The notes under the pieces are model-generated. The model ran no database searches. It worked only from the letters and a program-made list of their open reading frames with translations, and had not been told where the DNA came from. A stretch of 64,000 nucleotides of DNA from a virus, in IMG/VR virus record IMGVR_UViG_3300023184_004051, positions 44,671 through 108,670 of that record, one strand, 5' to 3'. Position numbers and translations under genes: made by a program. Shown piece by piece: positions 31,408-40,987 of this stretch. Every line of letters begins with the position of its first letter. The first letter of the stretch is position 1.

Positions 31408-31466
31408 TACGCCACCGATACCAGAACCGATGCCGTGTGCATTGACAACAGAAAGGCAGGGAACCT

Positions 31467-32384
31467 ATGAGTTCACTGTTCACCAAAGCGACTAAGGCGG
31501 AAGCCAAAGCGCGTATTGCCGTGACAGGCCCATCAGGGTCAGGCAAGACTTACTCATCTCTCCTGTGGGCTACGACGCTCGCTGAGGGTGGCAAGATTGC
31601 CGTCATTGACACCGAGCGAGACAGCGCCAAGTTGTATGCTGACCGCTTTGACTTTGACGCTCTCTCGATGTCTGCCCCCTATCACCCAGACCGCCTCATT
31701 GAGGCTCTGAAGGTCGCACAAGACGAAGGCTATGCCTGTGTGGTGATAGACTCCTTGACCCACTTTTGGAACGGTCAGGGTGGCATCTTGGAAATCGTTG
31801 ACCAAGCGGGTGCGGCGGCGAAGGGCAACAACTTCGCAGGATGGAAAACAGCAACCCCCATCCAACAACGAATGGTGGATGCCATCCTCGCCTTTGATGG
31901 TCACATCATCACGACCATCCGCTCCAAGACCGAATGGTCGTTGGAGAAAAACGAATACGGCAAGATTGCTCCCAAGAAGGTTGGACTTGCTCCGCAACAG
32001 CGTGACGGCATTGAGTACGAATACACGCTCGTTTTGGAAATGGACACCGAGCATCGCACGCTGATTGGCAAGACCCGTTGCGAGTTGATGGCGGACAAGG
32101 TGTATCCCCCAAATGCGGCTACCGAAGGCGCTACCACTTTCCTCACTTGGCTGAAGTCGGGCGACCCACTCATCACCGACACCGAGCGTGACGCACTTGA
32201 TGGTCGCATCCGTTCGCTCTCCCCTGAGCAGCGCCGAGCATTGAAAGACCTTTGGGGTGATGCCGGTCTGCCGAAGGTCGCCTCACTGACCAAGACCCGA
32301 TACCCCGAAGCGATGTCGCTCGTGGTCACCGTTAGCCTTGACGGTGCTGATGACGAACTGACCGCCGAGGAAGCCACCTCCTAA
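31467..32384 (+). CDS. AAA-family (AAA_24/Sak4-like) recombination ATPase
   Basis: Walker A GPSGSGKT, IDTE, Walker B VVIDS, QRDG.EYE. Confidence 0.8.
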   Translation: MSSLFTKATKAEAKARIAVTGPSGSGKTYSSLLWATTLAEGGKIAVIDTERDSAKLYADRFDFDALSMSAPYHPDRLIEALKVAQDEGYACVVIDSLTHFWNGQGGILEIVDQAGAAAKGNNFAGWKTATPIQQRMVDAILAFDGHIITTIRSKTEWSLEKNEYGKIAPKKVGLAPQQRDGIEYEYTLVLEMDTEHRTLIGKTRCELMADKVYPPNAATEGATTFLTWLKSGDPLITDTERDALDGRIRSLSPEQRRALKDLWGDAGLPKVASLTKTRYPEAMSLVVTVSLDGADDELTAEEATS

Positions 32385-32405
32385 TCACCTCACCGCAGTC
32401 GAGTT

Positions 32406-32443
32406 GCTAGCCCTGTCATCTCTACGGAGGTGGCAGGGCTAGT
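32406..32443 (+). terminator. Stem-loop after the AAA gene
   Basis: gctagccctgtca...tggcagggctagt. Confidence 0.5.
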
Positions 32444-32516
32444 CGTCGTTGCAATGTTCCGCACGCTGGCGAGCCGGTTGGTGTAATGTCGGCGCTCTCT
32501 CTCGCAACGACAAGGA

Positions 32517-33338
32517 GTGGTCGTGACCATCCGCCGCAGCCCATCACCAATCCGCAAGAACTTCACCATCCTGCCTAATGCAACGCTCAACGACAGGCGA
32601 CTGTCGTGGGAAGCGCGTGGGATGTTGGCCTACCTACTTTCCAAACCTGACCATTGGAAGGTCGTTCCAAAAGCGTTGGTGAACGAGACATCGGCGGGTA
32701 AATCCGTCGTGTATCGAATACTCAAAGAGTTGGAGGAAGCGGGCTACATCACCTCCGAGCAAAAACACGCCGACGACGGCACATTTAGTGAAATCGAGCG
32801 TGTTGTTCACGAGATTTCGTGCGTTTCCCCTGATGACACCGCATCCCAGTTTTCCGTATCCGGTTTAGCCGGATACGGTTTAGCCGGATACGGAAAATCA
32901 GGTCACATAGAAAGAACTGAAGTAGAGAAAGAACTGACTGGAGAAAGAACGGAAAAAAACATATTGCCCACTTCTGTCGAAGCGGGCAGCGCGGAAAAGG
33001 GGGTGGCTAGTGAAAACCTCCCCTACAAAGCCGAGTTTGAGGAACTGTGGGCGCTCTATCCGCGCAAGGCCGCTCGCAAAAAGGCATACACGCAACTCAT
33101 CGCTACTCTGCGTCGTGGCGTTTCACTAGACGACCTTCGCGTGGCAGTCCAAAACTATGCTGATGCCCGCCGAGGTCAAGATGCGGCCTACACTCTCCAC
33201 GCCGCTACATTCTGGGGGCCATCAGACAGGTGGGAGGACTTCCTTCCAAATGGCGATGGGCTGAAATCTGCGAAGCCCGAAAACAAGCCAAAGGGCTTCA
33301 ACGCCATCCAAGACTTCTTGAACCGAGGAAACCAATGA
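32517..33338 (+). CDS. Replication initiator (winged HTH)
   Basis: NFT.LPN....D.RLSWEARG.LAYLLSKP..W; C-terminal FEELW..YPRK...K.A...LH.ATF. Confidence 0.8.
   Translation: MVVTIRRSPSPIRKNFTILPNATLNDRRLSWEARGMLAYLLSKPDHWKVVPKALVNETSAGKSVVYRILKELEEAGYITSEQKHADDGTFSEIERVVHEISCVSPDDTASQFSVSGLAGYGLAGYGKSGHIERTEVEKELTGERTEKNILPTSVEAGSAEKGVASENLPYKAEFEELWALYPRKAARKKAYTQLIATLRRGVSLDDLRVAVQNYADARRGQDAAYTLHAATFWGPSDRWEDFLPNGDGLKSAKPENKPKGFNAIQDFLNRGNQ
32850..32960. repeat. Candidate replication origin inside the initiator gene
   Basis: 15-bp direct repeat cggtttagccggata x2, framed by inverted ttttccgtatccgg / ccggatacggaaaa, then an A-rich tract. Confidence 0.55.
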
Positions 33339-33913
33339 CCCGTGAGGAAACAGCAATCGTCTGCGCCACTTTGTCGGCTGCGTTTCCAAACTGGGTCGTC
33401 ACTAGTGAAACCATCGAGATGTGGCAAGCGATGTTGCAGGACTTGGATGGCTCTGTGGTGTTCCAAGCGGCACAAGAGTGGGTTTTGACCGACGAGCGGT
33501 ATCCGAGTATTGCTGGCATCCGCAAGAAGTGTGCTGAAATCACAGGCTCGCTCGCTCCAAGCGCCTCCGAAGCGTGGGCTGAGGTCATTGAGATGGTGGA
33601 AAGATACGGGAGCAGTCGAGGTCATCGCCCCGATTGGACACACCCCCTCGTCAGCAAAACCGTCAAGGCGATTGGCTACCGGCATATCTGTATGAGCGAC
33701 AACATCATCGCCGTCAGAGCGCATTTCACCAAAATGTTCAACGAGTTTGCGGTTTCATACAACAACGACATCATCACCTCAAAGCGATTTGAGTTGGGTG
33801 GCGAAATGGTTGCGCTGCCATACTCAACTATGGTAGGGTTGCCAAGCCAGAAAAACCTTCCGGCATCCGACCAAGGAGTATTGGACTATGAGCCAAGACA
33901 CACCACCCGTTGA
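33335..33913 (+). CDS. Replicative helicase loader/inhibitor-like protein
   Basis: MTREE......L..AFP...W...L.D...PSIA.IR...EAW.EV; ATGA-coupled to the initiator. Confidence 0.65.
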   Translation: MTREETAIVCATLSAAFPNWVVTSETIEMWQAMLQDLDGSVVFQAAQEWVLTDERYPSIAGIRKKCAEITGSLAPSASEAWAEVIEMVERYGSSRGHRPDWTHPLVSKTVKAIGYRHICMSDNIIAVRAHFTKMFNEFAVSYNNDIITSKRFELGGEMVALPYSTMVGLPSQKNLPASDQGVLDYEPRHTTR

Positions 33914-34472
33914 GCCAACGCCAACGCCGAAATCCAATGGCCTTATCACCACTTGGAACTCACTTTCCAAAGGCGTGAAAATCACCATTGCCGTCATTGC
34001 TGCCTTCGTCATCATTGTTGCCATCGCAGGCAATAGCGGTGGTGGAAACCAGACCCCATCAACCGAGCCAACCACGCCTCCTACAACGATTGACACCACG
34101 CCGACTACCATCGGCCTGTCTGAGCAATGGAGCAGTTGGAAGTTGGAACTTGCCCCTGTTATCAGCCAAATGCAGACTGACTACACGCAAACCCAAGCCG
34201 ACCTGTCAAACACGGATTTCACCGCCTCTACGCAAGATTTTGCGACCCTCTCGCAAGATGCAACCGAGATTGCCAAACTTGCAACGAGTCTTGACAGCAC
34301 CGTGAACAGCGACCTGATTGACCTCGCTTCGTCGTTGCAGGAAATCGCCTCCACAGGGATTTCAGCAATGAACAGTGGCGACCTGTCACAGTTCACAACT
34401 GCGCTGAACCACTACCGCACAGCGAGTGACACCCTCGCAACGGACATCACCACAGGCAACGACTTCTACTAA
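33888..34472 (+). CDS. Membrane-anchored protein with Pro/Thr linker and helical ectodomain
   Basis: TM segment ITIAVIAAFVIIVAIAG, then PSTEPTTPPTT. Confidence 0.6.
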   Translation: MSQDTPPVEPTPTPKSNGLITTWNSLSKGVKITIAVIAAFVIIVAIAGNSGGGNQTPSTEPTTPPTTIDTTPTTIGLSEQWSSWKLELAPVISQMQTDYTQTQADLSNTDFTASTQDFATLSQDATEIAKLATSLDSTVNSDLIDLASSLQEIASTGISAMNSGDLSQFTTALNHYRTASDTLATDITTGNDFY

Positions 34473-34496
34473 ACCGAAGGGTTCTCGGCACTTATC

Positions 34497-35000
34497 GTGA
34501 GCGACATCAAAAAATGCGGTAAGTGTCGGGAAATCCTGCCGGTCAGCGACTTCATTCCCCGAAGGGACAAGCCAGACAAGTATTTGCCCAACTGCAAAGC
34601 CTGTCGTGGTGAAATCCAAAAGGAAAAGTCCCTGAAGCGTGGAACTGCGCTGAAACGCACTCCGATGAAGCGTGGCACTTCGCAACTGAAGCGAACGGCA
34701 ATGAAGCCCATCTCCGACCATCGCCGTGAGGTGAACAAGCAACGCAAGATTGTGCTGGAAACGCACTTCGGCCCACGAGAGAAGTGGGTATGCTCGGTAT
34801 CTCATCTGATACCAACTCCTTGCTGGGGAGCGGTCAATGGACACGAAATCACCTCACGAGCGAGAGCGGGTCGCACCGACGAGAACTTGCTTGATGTGAG
34901 TGGCATCATCCTCGTCTGCAATCACCACAACACTTGGATTGAGGACAACCCCGCCGAGGCTCACCGACTTGGCCTGACGAAACACTCTTGGGAAGCCTGA
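34497..35000 (+). CDS. HNH-like endonuclease with N-terminal Zn finger
   Basis: CxxC...CxxC; HE...R.R.G...C..H..WI..NP..A...G. Confidence 0.6.
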   Translation: MSDIKKCGKCREILPVSDFIPRRDKPDKYLPNCKACRGEIQKEKSLKRGTALKRTPMKRGTSQLKRTAMKPISDHRREVNKQRKIVLETHFGPREKWVCSVSHLIPTPCWGAVNGHEITSRARAGRTDENLLDVSGIILVCNHHNTWIEDNPAEAHRLGLTKHSWEA

Positions 35001-35102
35001 GTTTTCAGCACCTAACGGGTAGTCGCTCAACCCCAACTGTCGGGCTGAAAAAAAATCGTCACTTACAGTTGATTGCTCAGACAAACCAAGTGGGGGAAAT
35101 AA

Positions 35103-35633
35103 GTGCCGGAAACGAAAGTCAACAAGCCTGCAAACGCAATCCGAGTAGGTGAAATCGGGTTTGCCCGAACCAAAGGTGCGATGGCGAAACTCATTCGTGC
35201 GAGCGAATGGCTGAAATGGCGTTCGTGTCAGTTCAACCACACCTTCGTTGTGGTCACGGCAGGAAACACCTACGAGGAAACTTGGATTGTCCAAGCCGAA
35301 CTTCGAGGCGTGACGCTGCGCCGTTTGTCCGAACTCCTGCCGGATGCTAGTGAAATCCACTTTGTCGCCCCGCCGGAAGGCGTTGACCGCAAACGGGTTG
35401 CCCTGTTCGCCCTTGCCGAACTTGGTCGCCCGTATGGGATTTTGAGTATCATCTGCATTGCGCTGGATATCACCACACCGGATTGGTTCCTTGCGTTTCG
35501 CCGCAAGAACACTTGGATTTGCTCGGCTCTTACAGCAGAGGCTTGTCGTTATGCTGGTTGGTTCTATGACTTCCCCGACATCTACCTCGTCACCCCAACC
35601 CGACTTTGGCAAGCCCTTCAGGAAGCGAAGTAG
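35103..35633 (+). CDS. Permuted papain-like (YiiX/YebB, NlpC/P60) protein
   Basis: His first (FNHTFVV), then LGRPYG, Cys in WICSAL, and TP. Confidence 0.65.
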   Translation: MPETKVNKPANAIRVGEIGFARTKGAMAKLIRASEWLKWRSCQFNHTFVVVTAGNTYEETWIVQAELRGVTLRRLSELLPDASEIHFVAPPEGVDRKRVALFALAELGRPYGILSIICIALDITTPDWFLAFRRKNTWICSALTAEACRYAGWFYDFPDIYLVTPTRLWQALQEAK

Positions 35634-35795
35634 CGTGCTGAAATCCTTTCTGTCAATCATCACGACTTTGGATGTGAACTTGCCACGCACCAAACCATCA
35701 TCTAGTATGGCAATCACCAATCGAGCCTCCCTGCGAAAGAAAAACGCAGAACGCACAGAGGCTCATCAAGCAATGAGAAGGGTAGTGAAATAACT

Positions 35796-36062
35796 ATGAC
35801 GAACAAGATGTTCATTAGCCGCCACGAACACAACTTCAAGTCAACTTTCGCCAATGAGGTTGCCAAAAGCCAACCGCTTCGTGGTGCGATGATTTACACC
35901 CCACACGACTGTGAGATGCCCGACCCTTGGGAAACACCACTTGGGTCAATCTGGGCTTGCTACGGCTTCCGCAATGGAAAGATGTGCTACGACCAATGGA
36001 TTTGTGAGGACAACTCCGGTGCGAAGCGTTGGGTGCTATTTCAGCGAAACCTGAGCGTCTGA
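35796..36062 (+). CDS. Hypothetical protein
   Basis: ORF with Cys/Trp motif H.C..P......GSIW.C. Confidence 0.5.
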   Translation: MTNKMFISRHEHNFKSTFANEVAKSQPLRGAMIYTPHDCEMPDPWETPLGSIWACYGFRNGKMCYDQWICEDNSGAKRWVLFQRNLSV

Positions 36063-36259
36063 TGCCCCCCAAGAAAAAGGTGGCGACCCCAAGAGTTGCT
36101 ACTGACCACGACACTGAAGTGGTGGAATACAAGTCAGCGATGATGATGCGAACCTTCTACGAGCCAACTTGCTCGTGCGGGTGGGGAAGCCTGCGGTATT
36201 TGACCAAACCACAGGCTTTGGCCGCTGCTGAAAAGCACGCCAAAAACCCCGTTTTCTAA
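36062..36259 (+). CDS. Small Zn-finger-like protein
   Basis: H...CSCGW...A..H. Confidence 0.5.
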   Translation: MPPKKKVATPRVATDHDTEVVEYKSAMMMRTFYEPTCSCGWGSLRYLTKPQALAAAEKHAKNPVF

Positions 36260-36310
36260 AGAGAAACACTCTAAGGCTGTTAGTGAAAAAACGCTAGTAG
36301 CCTGTGGGGT

Positions 36311-36793
36311 ATGACCGTCATCGCTGGTTGGCACGACAAAGAACGAGCGTGGATTGGCGGCGACAGTGGTGCGTTTGACGAGGACAGCGTAAGCCTCACC
36401 GAGACAAAGGTTTGGAAAGCCGACGGCTTCCTTCTTGGCGCTTGTGGGGGGTTCCGCCTTGCTGAAATCGCTTACGATAGCGGTATTGGAGAGCCATATC
36501 GCCTCCGTGACCACTTGGAGATGTGGTGGAAAGACCTCGGCTCAGGGGAGAATGACACGACCTTCCTGTGTCTCAACACACTCGGGATTTGGATTATTGG
36601 CTCGGATTTCAGCGTCATTCGTTGCCGTGAGAACTACGCTGCCATCGGGGGCGGGGGATTGTCTGCGATGTCAGCACTTCGGGCGCTACAAGATGTGTCT
36701 ATGGGGGGCAAAGACCGCATCACCACCTCCCTCAAAACTTCCGCTTACCACACGAGCAAGGTTCGCACCCCGTTCCGGGTGATTTCACTATGA
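36311..36793 (+). CDS. Ntn-hydrolase (HslV/proteasome beta-like) protein
   Basis: N-terminal Thr (MTVIAG), GGDS, KVW, AIG.G. Confidence 0.7.
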   Translation: MTVIAGWHDKERAWIGGDSGAFDEDSVSLTETKVWKADGFLLGACGGFRLAEIAYDSGIGEPYRLRDHLEMWWKDLGSGENDTTFLCLNTLGIWIIGSDFSVIRCRENYAAIGGGGLSAMSALRALQDVSMGGKDRITTSLKTSAYHTSKVRTPFRVISL

Positions 36794-37170
36794 GTAGGAA
36801 AATCCAAAAGTCTTACACGCTTCGCTACGATGTCCGACCCGACTTCACGCTCAACAAGGAACGAACGGTGCATCACCACGCTCGTGCCAAAGTGGTCAAG
36901 GAGTGGCGACAGGCGTTTGCTGATGCCGCCCAAGCCGAGATGATACCGAGATTGGAACAAATCACGGTTGAAGCGCAGCCCTATGTGCTGAACGCTCGCT
37001 ATCGCCAAGATGTCGGTGCGTGTTTCCCTGTGGTGAAAGCGGCGATTGACGGACTTGTGGATGCAGGCGTTCTCGTTGACGACCACGCAGGGATTGTGGT
37101 GAAACTGACGATGCTCGCTCCCATTTTTGGCAGCGACGCTTTGGAAATCACGATTGCTAGCGTAGGATAG
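36790..37170 (+). CDS. RusA-like Holliday junction resolvase
   Basis: D.......KAAIDGLVDAGVL.DD. Confidence 0.7.
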   Translation: MSRKIQKSYTLRYDVRPDFTLNKERTVHHHARAKVVKEWRQAFADAAQAEMIPRLEQITVEAQPYVLNARYRQDVGACFPVVKAAIDGLVDAGVLVDDHAGIVVKLTMLAPIFGSDALEITIASVG

Positions 37171-37178
37171 GTGCTGAA

Positions 37179-40100
37179 ATGGATTTTCCTACCTATGAAA
37201 ACCCGACGGCTTACCACGCCCAAGCAGTTTTGGATAACACCGACCTCAAAGCGGTTTCGGTAGCCCCAAACTTCACGGGTGTCGCTTCCGGCTGTGCGGT
37301 TTCAGCAAATGCAACGATGGGTGTTGCCATTGCTTCGGGAACCATCCTCATCAACGGTGCGCCCTACACGACTGTTGGTGGAACTTCTGCCGTTTCCTCC
37401 GCAAGTGTGGGTGACCGCCGTGACATCGTTTACGCAACTTGGTCTGGCTCGGCTGTAGTTTTCACCACCGCAGCCGGAACCCCTGCAACTGCCGGATGGA
37501 CTTTTGGAACGCAGGGAACACCACCCATCAAGCCAACTCTGCCCGACAACGCAGTTTTGCTTGCGGAAGTGTATGTCGTTGGAACGGGGGCAACCCCAAC
37601 AACTGTCATTACAAGTGCTGAAATCGTAGACAAGCGATGCTTCGTCACGCAGTTCACCAACGATGTGACTGCCACGACGGGTGGCTCAATGACTCTAAAG
37701 GCCGTTGGAACCGCAGGAACTTACGGTGGTGGAAACGCCCTCCCATCCATCACGACGGATAGTGCGGGTCGGATTTCAGCAGCAAACAACATCGCCGCAA
37801 TCCCCTCGACCTACACGGCTGGAACACCAACTTACATTGGCTCTGCCACTACCCCTATTACGGGAGGAACCTTCACCTCAGGGTCGTGGACTTTCAATGC
37901 GTCTATTACTCCGACGGCGTGTTCATCAACAGCAAACTTGATTACATTCTCTGTGAGCGCCACCACAGGTTTTGTCGTTGGGCAAATGATTACTGCCGCC
38001 GGTTTCGCTAACGCTGCCTACAACGGCGTGTTTTATGTTGGAGCAGTTTCAGCATCGGCAGTCACGGTTTATGCGGGAACTAACCCCGCTTCCATCCCAT
38101 CAAACACCACAGGCAAGTTGTATCCGACGATTGGAGTTGGCTCGCAAGTTGGCGTGGCGGCGGTCAACGGCTCTGCAACCATTCCTATCGGTGGTATCAC
38201 CACAAACGGAACGACTTGGACAGTCACCACTTCGGCTGCACACGGCTTTGTCAACGGTGCTTCGGTCACTATCGCTGGTGTCACACCCTCCGGCTACAAC
38301 GGTTCATTCACGATTGCCTCTATTGGCTCAACGACTTTCACTATCACGAACGCCACTCAGCCCGTTCCAGTCACGGTTGCAGGAACGGCAACGGCCACAA
38401 TGGGGGCGATTTCTTTTGCCCCTGTTATTGCTTCATCTCTAGGCTCGTTCACAATCACCACTCAGCCAAACGGTATTACGCCTGTCAACTCGCCTGCGAG
38501 CGGAACCCTGACCTATCCTGTGCCGCTTTACAGCGCCGCATCGCCCGCAGTTGGGTATTACCAAGCGTGGTCGGGAACTTCGCCTGTCCAAGTCCCAACA
38601 TTTGGTGGTGGAAAGAACGCCCTCATCAACTCGGCAATGGACATTTGGAACCGTGGAACTTCCATCGCCATCAACACGAGCATTGGTGCATCAGCATCGG
38701 CGTGGACAGCAGACCGTTGGTATGTGACCGCTCTCAACGGCAGCGTCACGGCTTCGCAAGACGGCACGGCAACGATGCCGAACAACGCTCCTTACGGCCA
38801 TCGCATCACCACTGGCTCGGCAGGAAACGCTGGCTACATTATGCAACAGGCTTTAGATAGCGTCACCTCAAAGGCACTCGCTGGTCAGAACTTGACTGTT
38901 TCGTTCAACGCTCGCTTCAATGCCAACAACAATAGAACTGCCGTATCTATTTTCACCTCTAGCATCTCCAACTCCATCACGGGCAACACTTGGAACCACC
39001 TGTCAACCGCTAGCGCAAATACGCCAACGACCTATGCCACGACCCTTCCCCTACAAGCAGTTAGTGGCATTATCCCAACCGGAACACTTGGCGTGATGGT
39101 GCAGATTACGCCGGTTGCTGCAATCAACAGCATTGCAAACTCTGGCACAACGCCCAATATTGTTTGGACAGTTACAACCGGAACGGTTCACGGTCTTACC
39201 ACAGGCGATACGGTTGTCATTTTTGCGGCTAACGCTTCATACAACGGAACTTGGACAGTCGCTTCAGTCCCATCAGGAACAACTTTCACCATCGGTAGCC
39301 AGACCACAAACCCCGGAACAGCAACCGGATACGCAACTGCCGCCTTTTCTCCGGTTATGTCGGTTTCGGCTTTCCAAATCACAAGTGCCACCGTTTTCAC
39401 CTACACGGCTGCGCTGCCTGCCGCTTCAGGTGGCAGTTCGCCCTCTACTTATTTTCAGCCCGGTCAAACAGTCACGATTGCGGGTCTTACAGGTGGAGCC
39501 GCAGTAGGCAATGGAACTTTTGTCCTTGCTTCAGCCAGCGCCTCAGGCTTTACGGTCACCACTTCTGGTCAGACCGCAGGCTCTTTGATTTCTGGTCAGG
39601 CAGGAACGGCTACAGCCGTTACCACGCACGATGTCACCAAAGTGCAGTTGGAGTTTATGGGCGGCAACAACATTTACTCCATTTACAACCGGCACGGTGG
39701 GGCAAATGAAACTGCTGAAATCATTACAAATGGGCCTGCCGGAACCAATGGCGTTCTTGTCACGACGGGCGCTCTTGACTCAGGAACGGGTCAAGGAACA
39801 CCATCTTGGCTCACAGTCGGTGCAACCAACACGGCTTTGATGTCTAGTGGAACCCAATCCGTCTTTGCCTACAGGCAGACACAGGCTCTCGCCTACACAA
39901 CAAGCGGTGGAGTTATTGGAACCAATGTTGGTGAAACTATCCCTGTCTGGGGGGCAAATGCCGTCTACACAACCGTCGCTTCCAATATGCGTCTTACCGC
40001 CGTTTACCTCACCGCGGGGCAACAGGTCACCAACTTGACTTTCTTTGGCATCGGGGCGGGGTCGGGTCTTAGTACCGCTTGGGGTGGGCTTTTCACCCTT

Positions 40101-40433
40101 GCATCAGGTTCAGGCTCTAGCGGGGTGACAACATTGGTCGCTGCTACTGCCACGCAAAGCATTTCCACTACCTCCGCTACGGCTTTTGCGACTTGGGCAT
40201 TATCAAGCCCTTACACCGTTCCGTCTACGGGTCTTTACTATGTGGGTTTTCTGTTTGCAGGAACATCACCTACTTTTCCGACCCTTGCGGGAGCAAGTAG
40301 CCAAATCTCGGCGGTTCTCAACACGCCACGCCCATCGGCACAAATCACCACCGCACCGGCAACTCCGCCCGCTATCGGCGCAACATACAATGTTGGTGGT
40401 AGTGCTTGGAGCATCTACGCCGCACTTACCTAA
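37179..40433 (+). CDS. Tail fibre / receptor-binding-like protein outside the tail operon
   Basis: 1084 aa; repeated TVTT...HG...G..V.I......YNG modules; KN.LIN..MDIW.RG...ADRW carbohydrate-binding-like segment. Confidence 0.65.
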   Translation: MDFPTYENPTAYHAQAVLDNTDLKAVSVAPNFTGVASGCAVSANATMGVAIASGTILINGAPYTTVGGTSAVSSASVGDRRDIVYATWSGSAVVFTTAAGTPATAGWTFGTQGTPPIKPTLPDNAVLLAEVYVVGTGATPTTVITSAEIVDKRCFVTQFTNDVTATTGGSMTLKAVGTAGTYGGGNALPSITTDSAGRISAANNIAAIPSTYTAGTPTYIGSATTPITGGTFTSGSWTFNASITPTACSSTANLITFSVSATTGFVVGQMITAAGFANAAYNGVFYVGAVSASAVTVYAGTNPASIPSNTTGKLYPTIGVGSQVGVAAVNGSATIPIGGITTNGTTWTVTTSAAHGFVNGASVTIAGVTPSGYNGSFTIASIGSTTFTITNATQPVPVTVAGTATATMGAISFAPVIASSLGSFTITTQPNGITPVNSPASGTLTYPVPLYSAASPAVGYYQAWSGTSPVQVPTFGGGKNALINSAMDIWNRGTSIAINTSIGASASAWTADRWYVTALNGSVTASQDGTATMPNNAPYGHRITTGSAGNAGYIMQQALDSVTSKALAGQNLTVSFNARFNANNNRTAVSIFTSSISNSITGNTWNHLSTASANTPTTYATTLPLQAVSGIIPTGTLGVMVQITPVAAINSIANSGTTPNIVWTVTTGTVHGLTTGDTVVIFAANASYNGTWTVASVPSGTTFTIGSQTTNPGTATGYATAAFSPVMSVSAFQITSATVFTYTAALPAASGGSSPSTYFQPGQTVTIAGLTGGAAVGNGTFVLASASASGFTVTTSGQTAGSLISGQAGTATAVTTHDVTKVQLEFMGGNNIYSIYNRHGGANETAEIITNGPAGTNGVLVTTGALDSGTGQGTPSWLTVGATNTALMSSGTQSVFAYRQTQALAYTTSGGVIGTNVGETIPVWGANAVYTTVASNMRLTAVYLTAGQQVTNLTFFGIGAGSGLSTAWGGLFTLASGSGSSGVTTLVAATATQSISTTSATAFATWALSSPYTVPSTGLYYVGFLFAGTSPTFPTLAGASSQISAVLNTPRPSAQITTAPATPPAIGATYNVGGSAWSIYAALT

Positions 40434-40697
40434 GCCCTAGTTATTTCACCAAACAACTTGACTTTATGACCCTCACGCAACCGCAGTTGTTGTAGTAGGG
40501 TTTCCAAAACACGAAGGGGTTGTGATAGTGAAATCCGACGACGACGGACATTGCCTGATTTGCCGCATCAAGACCTACCTGATTTCGGGGGATTGGTTTC
40601 ACTACAATCAAGAGGCCAAGCGCGCCGCTTCCAAACTGTGCCACCCCTCGCACCCCAAGCCTGCTGATAACTAAGTTCTGAGAACAAGGAGAAACCT

Positions 40698-40955
40698 ATG
40701 GAACCCGTCACCCCGCTTCCAAAGCGCCAAGAAGTTGACACAAACTTTTCACCAGAGGTCGCCTCGCTGCTGCAACACATCAAGGATGTCTGCAAGCAGA
40801 TGCGTGACCACGAACGAGCGGTGATTGACTTGGGCGTTGAGCGTCGCCAGACCGTCACTCGACTCCGTGACCACGGCATCACTTGGCGCAAGATTGCTGA
40901 ATGGGCCGGCACGACTGACCAAGCCCTTTACAAGCACCACAACCGAGACAAGTAG
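40698..40955 (+). CDS. HTH DNA-binding protein
   Basis: LR..G.TW..IA...G.T.QA; aaggag RBS. Confidence 0.65.
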   Translation: MEPVTPLPKRQEVDTNFSPEVASLLQHIKDVCKQMRDHERAVIDLGVERRQTVTRLRDHGITWRKIAEWAGTTDQALYKHHNRDK

Positions 40956-40987
40956 TTGACATCACCACTCGCACCTACTAAACTAGG

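Noticed and set aside
20021-34110. Internal CCGACTA matches in coding regions (e.g. ~20021, ~25253, ~30071, ~34101)
   Set aside because: Short matches with no promoter or SD context; consistent with background.
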